Made by a program: the position numbers and the translations under genes. Positions 26,325 to 37,774 of a stretch of 64,000 nucleotides of DNA are shown one piece after another. This DNA is from Hemiscyllium ocellatum (Eukaryota): the NCBI RefSeq assembly GCF_020745735.1, contig NC_083420.1, positions 36,394,001 through 36,458,000 of the forward strand. The letters are read 5' to 3'. Position 1 is the stretch's first letter; each line of letters begins with the position of its first letter. The notes beneath the pieces are model-generated. The model saw nothing but the letters and a program-made list of their open reading frames with translations. It was not told where the DNA came from and did not search any database.

Positions 26325-26850
26325 CCTTGATCAGATGAGCCAAGGAGTGGAGCAGAGGAAGTTTAATTTAGATAACTGTGAGGTGTTGCATTTTGTTAAT
26401 GTAAATCAGGGCAGGACAGTTATACACTTGATGGTAGGATCCTGGGGAGTTTTCCACAACAAAGAGACCTTGGGGTGCAGGTTCATAATTCCTTGAAGCT
26501 GGAGTTGCAGGTACACAGTGTACTGAAGGTGGCATTAGGTACACAGGGTAGTGAAGGTGGCATTAGGTACACTAACCTTAATTAGTCATTGCGTTAAGTA
26601 CAGGAGTTCGGAGGTCATGTTGCAGCTGTGTGGGACATTGGTGAGGCCACTTTTGAGATAGTGTCTGCAATTCTGGTTTCCCTGCTACAGTAAGATGTTT
26701 ACAAGGATATTGCCAGGGTTACCAGATTTGAGCTAAAGGGAAAGAATAATAGGCTGGGATATGAGGCTCTTATTAATTTAGGATGTCTGGTCGCCATGGC
26801 TGAGTTGGAGCGAAGGATCTGTTTCCATGGTGCGCAACTTTATGACTAAG
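26325..26850 (+). mobile_element. CR1 LINE 3' fragment with a 28-bp tandem duplication near 26510-26570
   Basis: Similar to 45660-46100. Confidence 0.75.
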
Positions 26851-26909
26851 TGAGATGTTGGTTTCAAGAACAGGCCATAGAGTACCGACAACCGGGTGCG
26901 GTGCTTTAC

Positions 26910-27078
26910 CTATTTTCACTTCCATGTCATCATTGAGGAAAAGGTTGCCAAGCTTGAGATCTCGATGAATAACGTTGTTGTTGTGCAAATATTGGCCGCC
27001 CAGGATAATTTGCTTCAGGTAATACCGGGCCTCGGGCTCAGTGACAGCCTTTCGCCTCTTGTGCAATTCTAGCAAAGA
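26910..27078 (-). CDS. PLK1: PLK1 coding exon 2: [56 protein letters not shown]
   Basis: 169 bp, [12 protein letters not shown] catalytic loop. Confidence 0.97.
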
Positions 27079-27875
27079 CTAAACCAGACATTTTTCGCTA
27101 TTAAAGAAATTTTTGTTAAAAAAAAGATTGAAAAGTTTATTGAATTATTGGCCGCAGCCGATCAACAACACGGGGCGGTCCCAGGGAAAGCAAAATTTGC
27201 GGACAAGCGTCCCCAGGTTAGACGGAGGGGACTAACTGCGGCTTTTCCGAGCCATTTGGTGGATTAACACGGAGTGAGGAGCAGGGAAGGGAAGATGAAC
27301 TGCGATCAGACCGACAGGCGGCTGCTCCTTCTGGTTTGCAAAGCCAAGGCTCCGCCTTCTTGAATACCAGGCACCCCGTCAGCCAACCGGCTCCGAGCTC
27401 CCGGAATTTTAAATACAAACCCCAACCTCCCTTTAAAAAAAGGAAAGGGACAGAGTCAGCAACGGACAGGCCTCCAGCTGGGATCCTGAGGGAGAAGGAT
27501 ACACCCGGGGTGGGGGGGGCAGGCAGGGGGTCACTTTAACCCGAGCTCAGACCCCGGCCCAGGGTGGGAGGGAGAACAGAACCGGAGCTGCTGTCCCTTC
27601 CCCCCCCGGGGGGGGGGGGAAAGAGTCTCAGACTGAGCCTGAAGGCTGCCCCCTGGGGAGGGGGGTTCTCGGAGCCTGTTACCAATCCCTCACCGATCGC
27701 TGAGAGCTGTGGGGGAGCCCGCGCCCCACATTGTTACAGATGGTCCCAATGGGGGGAGATGGGAGTGTGGACGCTGCCACTCGGCTCCATTCCCCGGGAC
27801 TGTGCCCGTCCTCCCTCCCCGGTTTACAACTGTGTGTGTGTGTGTATTATATATTTTTTAAATATATACACTCAC

Positions 27876-28247
27876 CCTCCGCCTGCACAGCTCCAGCACA
27901 ACGTAGACGAAGTCATCGTCCTCGAAGAAGCCGTGGAAGCCGACCACGTTGGCGTGACTGAGGCTCTTGTGGATGGAGATCTCCATGGACATCTTCTCCC
28001 GCTGGTGCGGCTTCAGCAGCAGCGTCTTGGGCACGATCTTGCCGGCGAACACCTCGTTGGTCTCCATGTCGGAGATCTCGTAACACTTGGCGAACCCGCC
28101 CTTGCCCAGGAAGCGGCCCCGCACGTACCTCTTCATGGTCTTGGGGTTCACCAGGATGTCGGGGATCTCCTTGGCCACCGGAGCGGCGACCGGCGGCGGC
28201 GCGGCAGAGCCCAGCTTGGCGGACGGTTTACCGGCCACCGTGGTCAT
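27876..28247 (-). CDS. PLK1: PLK1 coding exon 1: [11 protein letters not shown]...[12 protein letters not shown]...VLELCRRR
   Basis: ATG at 28247, GKGGFAKC glycine loop, AGG|gtgag donor. Summed CDS is 1767 bp (588 aa). Confidence 0.97.
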
Positions 28248-28419
28248 GCTTCGGCCGGTTCACAGCTTCGGGAAGGGGGGGCTGGTGGAGGGAGGGAGGG
28301 GAAACAGTGGGTGAACCGAAGTTGTATGGACTCCTGCCCGGGAGCGGTAAAGAGCTTGGTGTCTGCACACCGAGAGGCCGCTGCAAACCGTGTCCGTCCC
28401 GGCTCAGACGCTCGCGGGC

Positions 28420-28592
28420 TCTGATTCAAATCTGGAGCGTCGGCAGTTAGCGAGCCGTGCGCCGCTCCTGATTGGTCGGTTTTATTTAAATAGAACCCTC
28501 GACCCGGCTGAATGCCGGGAGGACGGTTTAAATGCACCCCCAGGCCCGCTGCCCGGCGACCGAGCTGATTGACAGCCACGTCCGCCAATCAC
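28420..28592 (-). promoter_or_regulatory. PLK1 G2/M core promoter: CHR (TTTGAA, 28425-28430) with CCAAT boxes (28471-28475, 28585-28589)
   Basis: Motifs seen directly. CHR plus NF-Y boxes is the established architecture of DREAM/MMB-FOXM1 late cell-cycle promoters, including mammalian PLK1. Confidence 0.7.
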
Positions 28593-28834
28593 AGCCGAGA
28601 ACCTCAACCTGTAGGCTGGTTCCTGAGCAACGGAGGGAAGAGGGTGGGGATTCGAGCTCACGAACCCCTCTCAAGGCTCCCCGCGTGTGTCTTCAACTCC
28701 CCCCCCCGCCCCAAATGCTTCTGATTGAGTTTAGGACATTAATAGCAATGGGGAATAACCTTGCATTGCAGCCAGAAATTCAGGTGTTTGAGCACCATCC
28801 ACTCCAGATGGAGCCGTAATCCAGACTGACATTG

Positions 28835-28964
28835 TTAAAAATCACACAAAACCAGGTTACAGTCCAACAGGTTGAATTGGAAGCAAACCTGTTGGACTAT
28901 AACCTGGTGTTGTGTGATTTTTAAACTTTTGTACACCCCAGCCCAACATTTGGCATCTCCAAAT
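28835..28964 (+). mobile_element. Short fold-back repeat (probably Penelope-like end) with 13-bp direct repeat cagactgacattg
   Basis: Inverted arms at ~28835-28872 and ~28886-28924 plus a ~40-bp tail. Direct repeats at 28822-28834 and 28965-28977. Confidence 0.65.
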
Positions 28965-29147
28965 CAGACTGACATTGACAGAGATGCTGACTTTCAGATG
29001 AGATGTTAAATATAATGTTTCTGGGACTGACCTGTTTCTATCCTAATAGCAATTACGAGTTGTTTGCATCCTCCCACTTCCACAGTTATCTCTGATGATG
29101 ACACCCCCACCCATCTCTCGCCTACATGCTGTACTTTGCCAACATGG

Positions 29148-30085
29148 AGTCTTAGAGATATACAGCATGGAAACAGACCCTTTGGTCCAACTAGTCTGTA
29201 CCAACCAGATATCCTATATAAATCTAGTCCCATTAGCCAACATTTGGCCCAGCTCCCTCCAAATCCTTCCTATTCACACACCCATCCAGATGCCTTTTAA
29301 AATGTAATCATACCAGCCTTCAACACTTCCTCTGGCAGCTCTACCCATACACGCATCACTGCCTGCGTGAAAAAGTTGCGCCTTAGAACCCTTTTATAAT
29401 CTTTCCCCTCTCACCTTAAACCTACGTTGTCCAGTTTTTGACTCTTCCACCCTGGGAAAAGACCTTGCCTATTTAGTCTCTCCCTTCTCATGAGTTTATA
29501 AAACTCTTTAAGGTCATCCCTCAGTCTCTGATGCTCCAAGGGAAAAAAAAATCCAGCATATTCAGCCTCTCCCTATGGCTCAAACCCTCCAACCCTGGCA
29601 ACAACCTGCTAAATCTTTTCTGAACCCTTTCAAGTTTCACAATTTCCTTCCTATAGGATGGAGACCAGAACTGCATTCAATATTCCAAAAGTGGCTGAAC
29701 CAATATCCTGTAAAGCTGCAACTGCTATACTCAATGCACTGGCCAATAAAGACAAGCATACCAAATGCCTTCTTCACTATCCTATTTAGCTGCAACTCCA
29801 CTTTCAAGGAACTATGAAGCCCCACTGCAAGGTCTCTTTGTTCAGCAACACTCTCCAGGACCTTACCATTTGGTGTGTAAGTCCTGCCCTGATTTTCCTT
29901 TCCAAAATGCAGCAACTCACATTTATCTAAATTAAATTCTGTCTGCCAATCTTCAGCCCACTGGCCCATCTGATCAAGATCCTGTTGTAGTCTGAGGTAA
30001 TCTTCCTTGCTGTCCACTACACCTCCAATTTTGGTGTCATCTGCAAACTTACTAATCATACCTCCTATGTTCACATCCAAGTCAA
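29148..30085 (-). mobile_element. 5'-truncated CR1 LINE (RT C-terminus plus 3' tail)
   Basis: ISKFADDTKIGGVVDS...LQQDLD...W...FNLDKC. Confidence 0.9.
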
Positions 30086-33000
30086 TTTACATACCTATGC
30101 TGACAATGTCCACCTCCACCTCACAAGCACTTATCTTGATCCATATACTGTTTCCAATTTGGCAAATTGCACAACTGACATCCGGTGCAGTACAGACAGA
30201 AAATTCCTCCTCCTTTCAATATTAAGGGAGACTGAAACTCGAACACAGAAGGTAAAAGGTTATCTGATTAATTTTCAACATATAATGGGAGGAAGAAAGA
30301 TGGGGAGAAATTACTTAGCTAGCTTGAGACTCCAGGACTAGCTACATAGAAATGAAATAGAGCCAGTCTTATAGAAATAAAGTTAGGAAATGCTTCTCAC
30401 ACAAAAGGTGGTACAAAACTCTCTTCTTCATCCAGAAATCAATATTAAATTAATTGCTAATTTTAAAACTGAAATTGAAAGACTTTTGTTATTCGCTGGT
30501 ATTAAAGGTAGGCAAAGTTGGGAAAATGGAGTTAGTCCCAAATCAAGAGCTCAACAAATGGCAACATCAGCTTTAGGCAGCAAAATAACCTGTTTCTGTA
30601 TTCATTTGCAGACACTAAGTATGTTCTGTACAAATTTACCAGTGTTCAGGGTTGACCAAGTGTGGAATTGACTGAGCTATGGATTTGCCTGAATGTGCGT
30701 TTATCTGTGTTGAGGGTGTACATAGGTATGCATCTGTCTGAGCTATGGGCTTACTAGAATGCAAGGTTGTCTGAGTTTACCTGGATGTGTGTTTGTTTGA
30801 GTGGTAAACTAACCTGGATATGGTTTTGCCCATGTGCGACTTTCAAATATTTTCATGTTCTTTCCTCGTTCTGTTTTATTTGGTCTCTGCCCCCAATTTC
30901 TCTCCCTGCTAGTGTCTGAGATAAATCAACTTGTTTGCTAACCTTAAATGTTTGACCCCAAAGTAAGCCTCCATGCATATATGTACCAATACTCAGACTG
31001 CCTATTTCTATATCAATTTCACATCCCCGCAGCTATTCATCTGCTGCTGAAACCCTTATTCAAGCCTTCATTGCCTCTAGGCTCAACAATTTCTACATAT
31101 TTCTGGTTGGCCTCCCACATCTACCCTCGCAAAAACTTCAGTTCACCAAAATCTCTTTTGCTTGTGTCTTTACTACTCGTGTCAAGTCTAGTTAGCTATC
31201 ACTTTGTCCTAAATTATCTTCCAGTCAAGTAAAGCAATACATTTAAAAATTGTCTCTTTATTGACAAACCTCAAGTATTTGGTTCAGCTGACCCTAATAA
31301 TCTCTGTAATAAGTTCTTTCTTCAATTTTGTTAATATTTGGAATTCTCTCTCCAGCAAGTATATACAAGGCTCAATTAGATAGTTGGTTGACAAGGGAAT
31401 CAAAGGTTATGGGAGAGGCAGAGGGAAGTGAAGGTAAGTCCATATCAGACCATTAATAATCTTACTGAGAGGCAGAGCAAACATGAGGGGACTAAGGGCC
31501 TACTCTACCCCCTATTCCTTACATCCTGAAGGTAAGGCAGGTGACATGCCAAGGGTGAGGCTGGTTAAAGTTTGATGCATATAGTGACAGCAGGGCAAAT
31601 CATGGTTACACTTTGATGCATGGAAAGAGTGGCACAGGTTATGATGATGGTTTGATCTGTTCCAAAGATGGGACTGGTTAAAATGACAGATTGATCCATA
31701 CTGAAGGTACTGCAGGTTAAGGTAATAGATTACTGCAGAGGGTGGAGCAGGTTAGGATTATGCAATATCAACTTCAGTTTCCTTTACTCATTAATATCTC
31801 CTAGCATTCTGGTTAGGTTGTTTGTCTAACATATCTGGGTGACACACAGCCTGATGAGGCAATTTTGCAAAAATCAGGTGTCACACACACTACTCGGATC
31901 AGTCAAATACACAGCATGGTCTGAGACATAGGTTCGCAGAGAAATTAGTCAGTACTGCCTAGGTCCTGAAAACACTCAACATACATACCTCACTTGGATG
32001 TGGCAACACACCGCCACCATCCCAAGTGTAATGTAGGATAGCAAAACAAAAAATTCTATCCAGCAAATACCACATCATATGAAAGAACAAAAAATAAATA
32101 AATAAAAAGCAGAGAATAAAATATCGGCTAGTCACTGAAGTATGAGCAAATGGAGTAGTGACGTGCCATTTCCAGATAAGGTAATAAATTATTCTTTGCA
32201 AATAGTTACTCTGCGTGTCACACTTGAAGAAAAACAAAAGTGTCACTATCACCACCAGCCAAGTATCAACTACACTTACACTTTACATATAGTTTTCAAA
32301 ACAGCAAGTGATTGCACTCAAAAGCAAAATATTTTATTGTACATTGTTCCAGAGTTGCAGTGTGTCATATTATCCAATCTTCAGGATTCTACATTCCTCC
32401 AAATATGGCTTCCCACACATTCCCTAATATTTTTACCTACCAATTGTCTTCACCCCAAACTCCCAAAATCCCTCCCCAAACTTTGTTATTTACCACAAAA
32501 AGTCAGTAAAAGTAGATTTTAAGCCATCTAATTCAATACCTTATATGCTTGTTGTCAAATTAGGCTCAATTATTGAAGTGTTTTGAGATTTTACGATAGT
32601 AAAAGATGATACATAGATTATTATTATGCAAGACTACTTGCTGATGTGGCCTGGGTCACACTACATAGTCATATCAGATTGGGGAGGCCCTCAGCATAAA
32701 ACAGCCAGACTGGCATAATCAAAAAGCCCATATTGTAGACATTTCCACTATCACCAGCAGCAGTAACTGAAATTAGACAGGACAGTTGTTGAGGAGATAA
32801 GAATGAAAATAAACATTCAAACTTTGTACTTCTAGTACACTAACTATCTCCATGTAGAATTGAAATAATAGAAAAGGTACATAAATATTTGAAAAATAGA
32901 ATAGTGAAGTAACAAGATAATTGGAAAAATTGAACTGGTTCACAGAAAGCTGTTACTGACAGTGTGCTAAATAACCTACTGTGTTGCAAAGTTGTGATTC

Positions 33001-34067
33001 TAAAGCTTGCTGGAATGAGTCTTTACAGACCCTGTTGTAGATTGTACATCTTTCCCTTACCTAGCCTTCATGCTCTATAAATTTCCCCCATATCCTGCAA
33101 TTTGTCATGTTTCATTTATATATTAAGAAAATTTACAATTTACACAAACTAAAAAAGATTACCATGAATATTTATTACATTTGCACATTGACCTCTCCAA
33201 TTTATAATTCTTTGACAGATGTGACTGATACAATAGGTCCAAGCTGTGGTCTAGTGTCCCAGTTTCCTTTGAGGTGTTGCAGACAGAGTGGATTGCAGAA
33301 GGAACCATTTTGAAAACACTGCTGGACAGTACTGGCATGGGAAAGTAGTTTGGATCTGGTTCTCCACCTAAAGAAAAGGTAGATAAACTAGGTAGTGCAC
33401 CCAGTTGATAACAGCAGTAAATTTGAGTTGCACTCAATGTGCATTATGGGTGGGACTAGGTACTGCGAAATTGCATAATATGTACTGCATGAAGCAACAT
33501 TGATATCCATTTACTATGGGGTGTTTCTTGTATTGTTGGACCACTGCAATTAGTCAGTTACATTGCAGGTTCTGACTTCCCATTGTCCATTTGCTTAACT
33601 CGGATAACTCATTTACTATCCAAAGAATTGGCAGCATATCAGAATGGTTACAAAATGATAACCAGGTGATAAGAAAAAGAAACAAACTGACATCTTAAAT
33701 GTAAACCCTGTATTTCACAATCTGGCAGAATTCTGACTCTTAGCTGTATTCCTAGAATTATAGCATTACACAGTGCCTTCCACAAAGTCCACTTATGGGC
33801 ACTGACCAATTCAATTGAGTGAAGCAGGCATCTCCTGGAGATGGTAAAGCATTCCTCAGTTCTCCAACATCTGTTAGCTGTGGTGGTGGTCGGTGGGTGG
33901 GTGGGTTTCAGGGAGCAATCATAAACACCCAAATAATCAGGGAACTCCTAGTGCCCAAAACTAACACTGGCTTGCACTCTATCGCCTTGCCTCAAGGTCC
34001 CCAAATTTGGACTGTCATGTTTTTTATTCCTTCTATAAAGTGCACATAAGTAGGATTAAATTCATTA

Positions 34068-34261
34068 TGGGGCAAAGGTGAGGACTGCAGATGCTGGAGA
34101 TTAGAGTCGAGAGTGTGGTGTTGGAAAAGCACAACAGGTCAGGCAGCAGCTGAGGAGCAGGAGAATCGATGTTTTGGGTGGGCTTCTGCCCAAGACGTCG
34201 ATTTTCCTGTTCCTCTAATGCCGCCTGACCTACTATTATTTTCCAGTACCATAGTCTTGAC
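34068..34261 (-). mobile_element. Penelope-like fold-back insertion (family A) with 12-bp TSD ttaaattcatta; hammerhead core deleted
   Basis: Homologous to 54042-54150 and 59410-59490. Direct repeats at 34056-34067 and 34262-34273. Confidence 0.7.
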
Positions 34262-36330
34262 TTAAATTCATTACATACATTGCTTGCTGCAGTGACCTCA
34301 AAAACTAAATTTTATTTTGAGTTAAAGCCCAAACGAAAAATGCTGTCCATCCTTGGTTTCCCTGTGGAGTAAATTCCCTTAAGTCATACTATTTTATCAA
34401 TGCGCCTTGCCGGAGGAATTGGTCCTTAATGAAAGTTCTGTCATAAAAACTGGTTACATTTTAGCTAACTAAGCACCATTACTGTTTTGTTGGAAGGGGT
34501 GACAACTTCCTATCTACCTGTTCACCTCCTAGTTCTCAGCTGCATCCAAGAAACAGCCAAGTCCTGAAATAATGCTGCACTACTCATTGATGTCCAAGAA
34601 TTCTACTTTGTACAGAGCTCAAGTTATTGCAGCAATGAGAATTCCAACTGGTGTTGGTGGTTAAGCAGATGAAACTCATGAACTTTGCAAATAGTAGGTA
34701 GCAGTTAATCTGAATGGCATTTCACAGACATTAAGCCTAATACAAGTGAATACGAAAGAGAGAACTCATACAATTTTTACATTCAGTCACAACTGAAGTC
34801 TTTTCCAAGTGGATTAAACCCAGTCGGAGGATCAGTGATTTAACGTTTCAACAAATAAATATATGCCCAGTACTCTGGATTTTCTCTGGTGTTATGCTGT
34901 AACATTGAACTGAAGACTACACAGACAGAGAATCACTCCCAGTGTAGAGGAGCAGCAATCTTCATCAGACTAAAGATGAACACATTTATCATTTAGAAAA
35001 CTTGTGTTTCCTCATGTTAGAGCCACTCCATCACTTTGAAATGCTCAGGCAGAATTTGGGCCCTCTGTTTTTCTAGCTGTTCACTTTGAGTTCCCCAATT
35101 AACTGGATTCTGCAACAAGAAAAGTAAAATTAAATGTATAACGATGGACACTCGGGAAGAATGGGTTTAAAACTGGAGTCTTAAAGAAAACATTCAGCTG
35201 GTTTATATAAAGAATAAAAAATATGGAGGGCAGAGTTAAGATTGTATAAACCTACCAGACCTAACATATCCAGTGAGGTAACACATGTAATCTGTAGATA
35301 GTTGAAAATTTAATCAATTATTCTTAAATTACCCATAGCAAACAGAATTGGAAATGTGCAGACTTGGGAACAAATGAATCCAGCTACCTGCTTCAGCATT
35401 GTTATCTTGTAAATTATAGGAGACCTAAACCAAACCTTCAAGACAAAATAAGCACTGCCTCCAAATCAATGTTTCAAAATTTGTAAGTGAATAAATGATT
35501 TTTCAAAATTATTGTGGAAGGAAAGGGGAGAAATGCTGTGTCAGATAAGTAATATAGTTTGAGTCACTACAGGCACACATTTCATCACAAATTTCCTAGA
35601 ATGCTTTATATTTCATTACAATGCACTAGACAATATTACAGAGCTATAAATTATGTTTATTTTGTACAGACAGATACTGGATTATGGATGATCATCATTA
35701 TTGATAGAGGTTGCTGTCATGAAACAGAACTCATTAATTTACATATGATGTCATGGAATCAGAGAGCTTTAACATGAAGACATGGCCTTAGTTTCATGTC
35801 ACATCTGGGAGATGGCACCTGTGACAACTTAGTTCTCTATCAAGACAGAGTACTGACAGAATGGTCAAGTCATCATGTAACTGGAACCCTTCTGAGTCAG
35901 TAGCACTGTCGTCTCCACAGACTTATCTATTAATTCCTAGCTCAGTTCACCTTTTTAGAACAAGACCTCCTCTAGACTCTAAAGTGTTTCATTCAGTTTA
36001 GAGGGGTGAGACAGATCATCAGCCTTCAGAGGAAACTACTTTTAAAATTAAAAAACAATATTTCTGTAGGTGCTGGAAACAGACAAGCAAATTACCAAGA
36101 AAAATGTTTCAGGATTTGGCCAACAGAAAAAGAGAACTGGGGTCTCAAATCTACCCTGGAGGCCAAGGACTCAGACAGGGCTGGAGTGACACAAGAGCAG
36201 CTTAAATATTAAGGTCTCATCTCGTTTTCAAAATATAGGTAAATGCTGACTTTCATTTAAAGCTTCACTAGCACTAGGCACCTCCGATCATCTTACCTGT
36301 ATTTGTAGTGCTCTGAAGTAAAGCCACACC

Positions 36331-36428
36331 TCATATCTGAGACAGTGGCAGGAACTTCTGGTAGTAGCTCTTTGTGACATCCATCATAAGCTCCTGTGTA
36401 CACTCTGGGAGCTCACCAGCAAACAGGC
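36331..36428 (-). CDS. DCTN5: DCTN5 (dynactin p25) exon 6: [32 protein letters not shown]
   Basis: 98 bp, acceptor ctgacag, TGA at 36331-36333. Confidence 0.96.
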
Positions 36429-37774
36429 CTGTCAGAAAACAAAACAAAATTCTTTAAATTATATAAAGTAGGAACCTCACTTTGTAATTAATAGTAGACT
36501 GCACTGTTATTTTGTACATGAAGGATTGCCTTTTAGAATTGTAGGATACTTCAAAGTGTATGACAGCCAAATGAGTTTAAATGAAACAGAATAAATGTAT
36601 GAAACATGGCGATCAAACAACAATTTGATAGTGATTAAATAATTTGGTTTAAAGATACTGTTGGAGAGATTAGCTAGGTCACTGGGAATAATTCTCTTGT
36701 TCATCTTTGAATGGTGCCATGGATGTTTTTGCATCCACCTGGCAAGTCAGAGAACATAGAACAATACAGCACAGTATAGGCCTTTGGCCCTTGATGTTGT
36801 GCCAGCCTTTTATCCTATTTTAAGATCAGACTAACCTACATACACTTGGTTGTACTAAGTTCCATGAAGGATCTGTGTGTGGAATATAATATGTCTACTA
36901 AAAAAAGTAAAGCGTAATTTCATTGAAATACTGAATTAATTAATTAATAATATAAAAAGATAGTCTTATGATCTACCAGAGTGTCTCAAATATGGAATAG
37001 GGTGAGGTAAAGATCTATGCAATTACATAGGCAAGTTATCCAAATACACTCTAATTTTGAAAGTCACTTTCCCTTCATGTAGGATCTTATTTTATTATTG
37101 ATCTGAAAGAAGCACCTCAGTTGAGCTCCTCAATACTGCATAAAGGCTGGACTGAAAGGGTCACCTTAGATTTTTGGTTCAGGTCACTGTGGGTACAAGT
37201 CCAATTTCAATCAGAGGAGCATGCTACCCACTGAACCATGGCTAGACATTGAAACAAACAGGACAGTCCACAATCTGAGGAACACAAATTATACCCCAGG
37301 CAAATGATTCAAAATAATTAGGAATGACAGTCCACTTCTGGTAATCAGTTTCTTCTCCCCAATCGGGGTATAAGCATAGTCAACTGCACGGTCTCTCTGG
37401 ACTGGATCATTTGAGAAGCTACAAGGTTGAGGATATCAGAAGAAGGAGAACAACAAAGTGATTTTCTTTTACCAAGGGCCTCAACATTAACAAACATCCC
37501 CACCCCACAATTTGAAGTAAAGCAAAGCAAAAACATTACAAACAGTGCAAAGATTATAGAAACTATTACATTCAGATGTGAATGTGAATATTCGAGTATC
37601 TGATTGATGCAATGTGCAACGTGCAAGTGCAGAAATGTTTGCAACTGCAAAAACTTATATTTATATAGTGCCTTTACCCACTGTAAAACATCTTCAGATA
37701 CTGAATTATACGCAATTTCCTCTGTATTCATATTCCCATGTAATGCCATACCATTATAGCATCATATAGCAAAC

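Larger units (their letters stand above)
27150..28700. promoter_or_regulatory. CpG island over the PLK1 promoter, exon 1 and intron 1
   Basis: Visibly GC- and CpG-rich against an AT-rich, CpG-depleted background. Confidence 0.85.

Noticed and set aside
27564-28424. 286-aa ORF on + overlapping PLK1 exon 1
   Set aside because: Antisense shadow of a GC-rich coding exon and CpG island; non-ATG start and no recognisable domain.
28244-28588. 114-aa ORF on - upstream of the PLK1 ATG (possible uORF)
   Set aside because: Starts at a TTG inside a CCAAT box, probably upstream of the TSS; expected by chance in GC-rich DNA.
30100-35000. Hidden gene between PLK1 and DCTN5
   Set aside because: Only short low-information ORFs; the region is better explained as DCTN5 3'UTR or intergenic DNA with old repeats.
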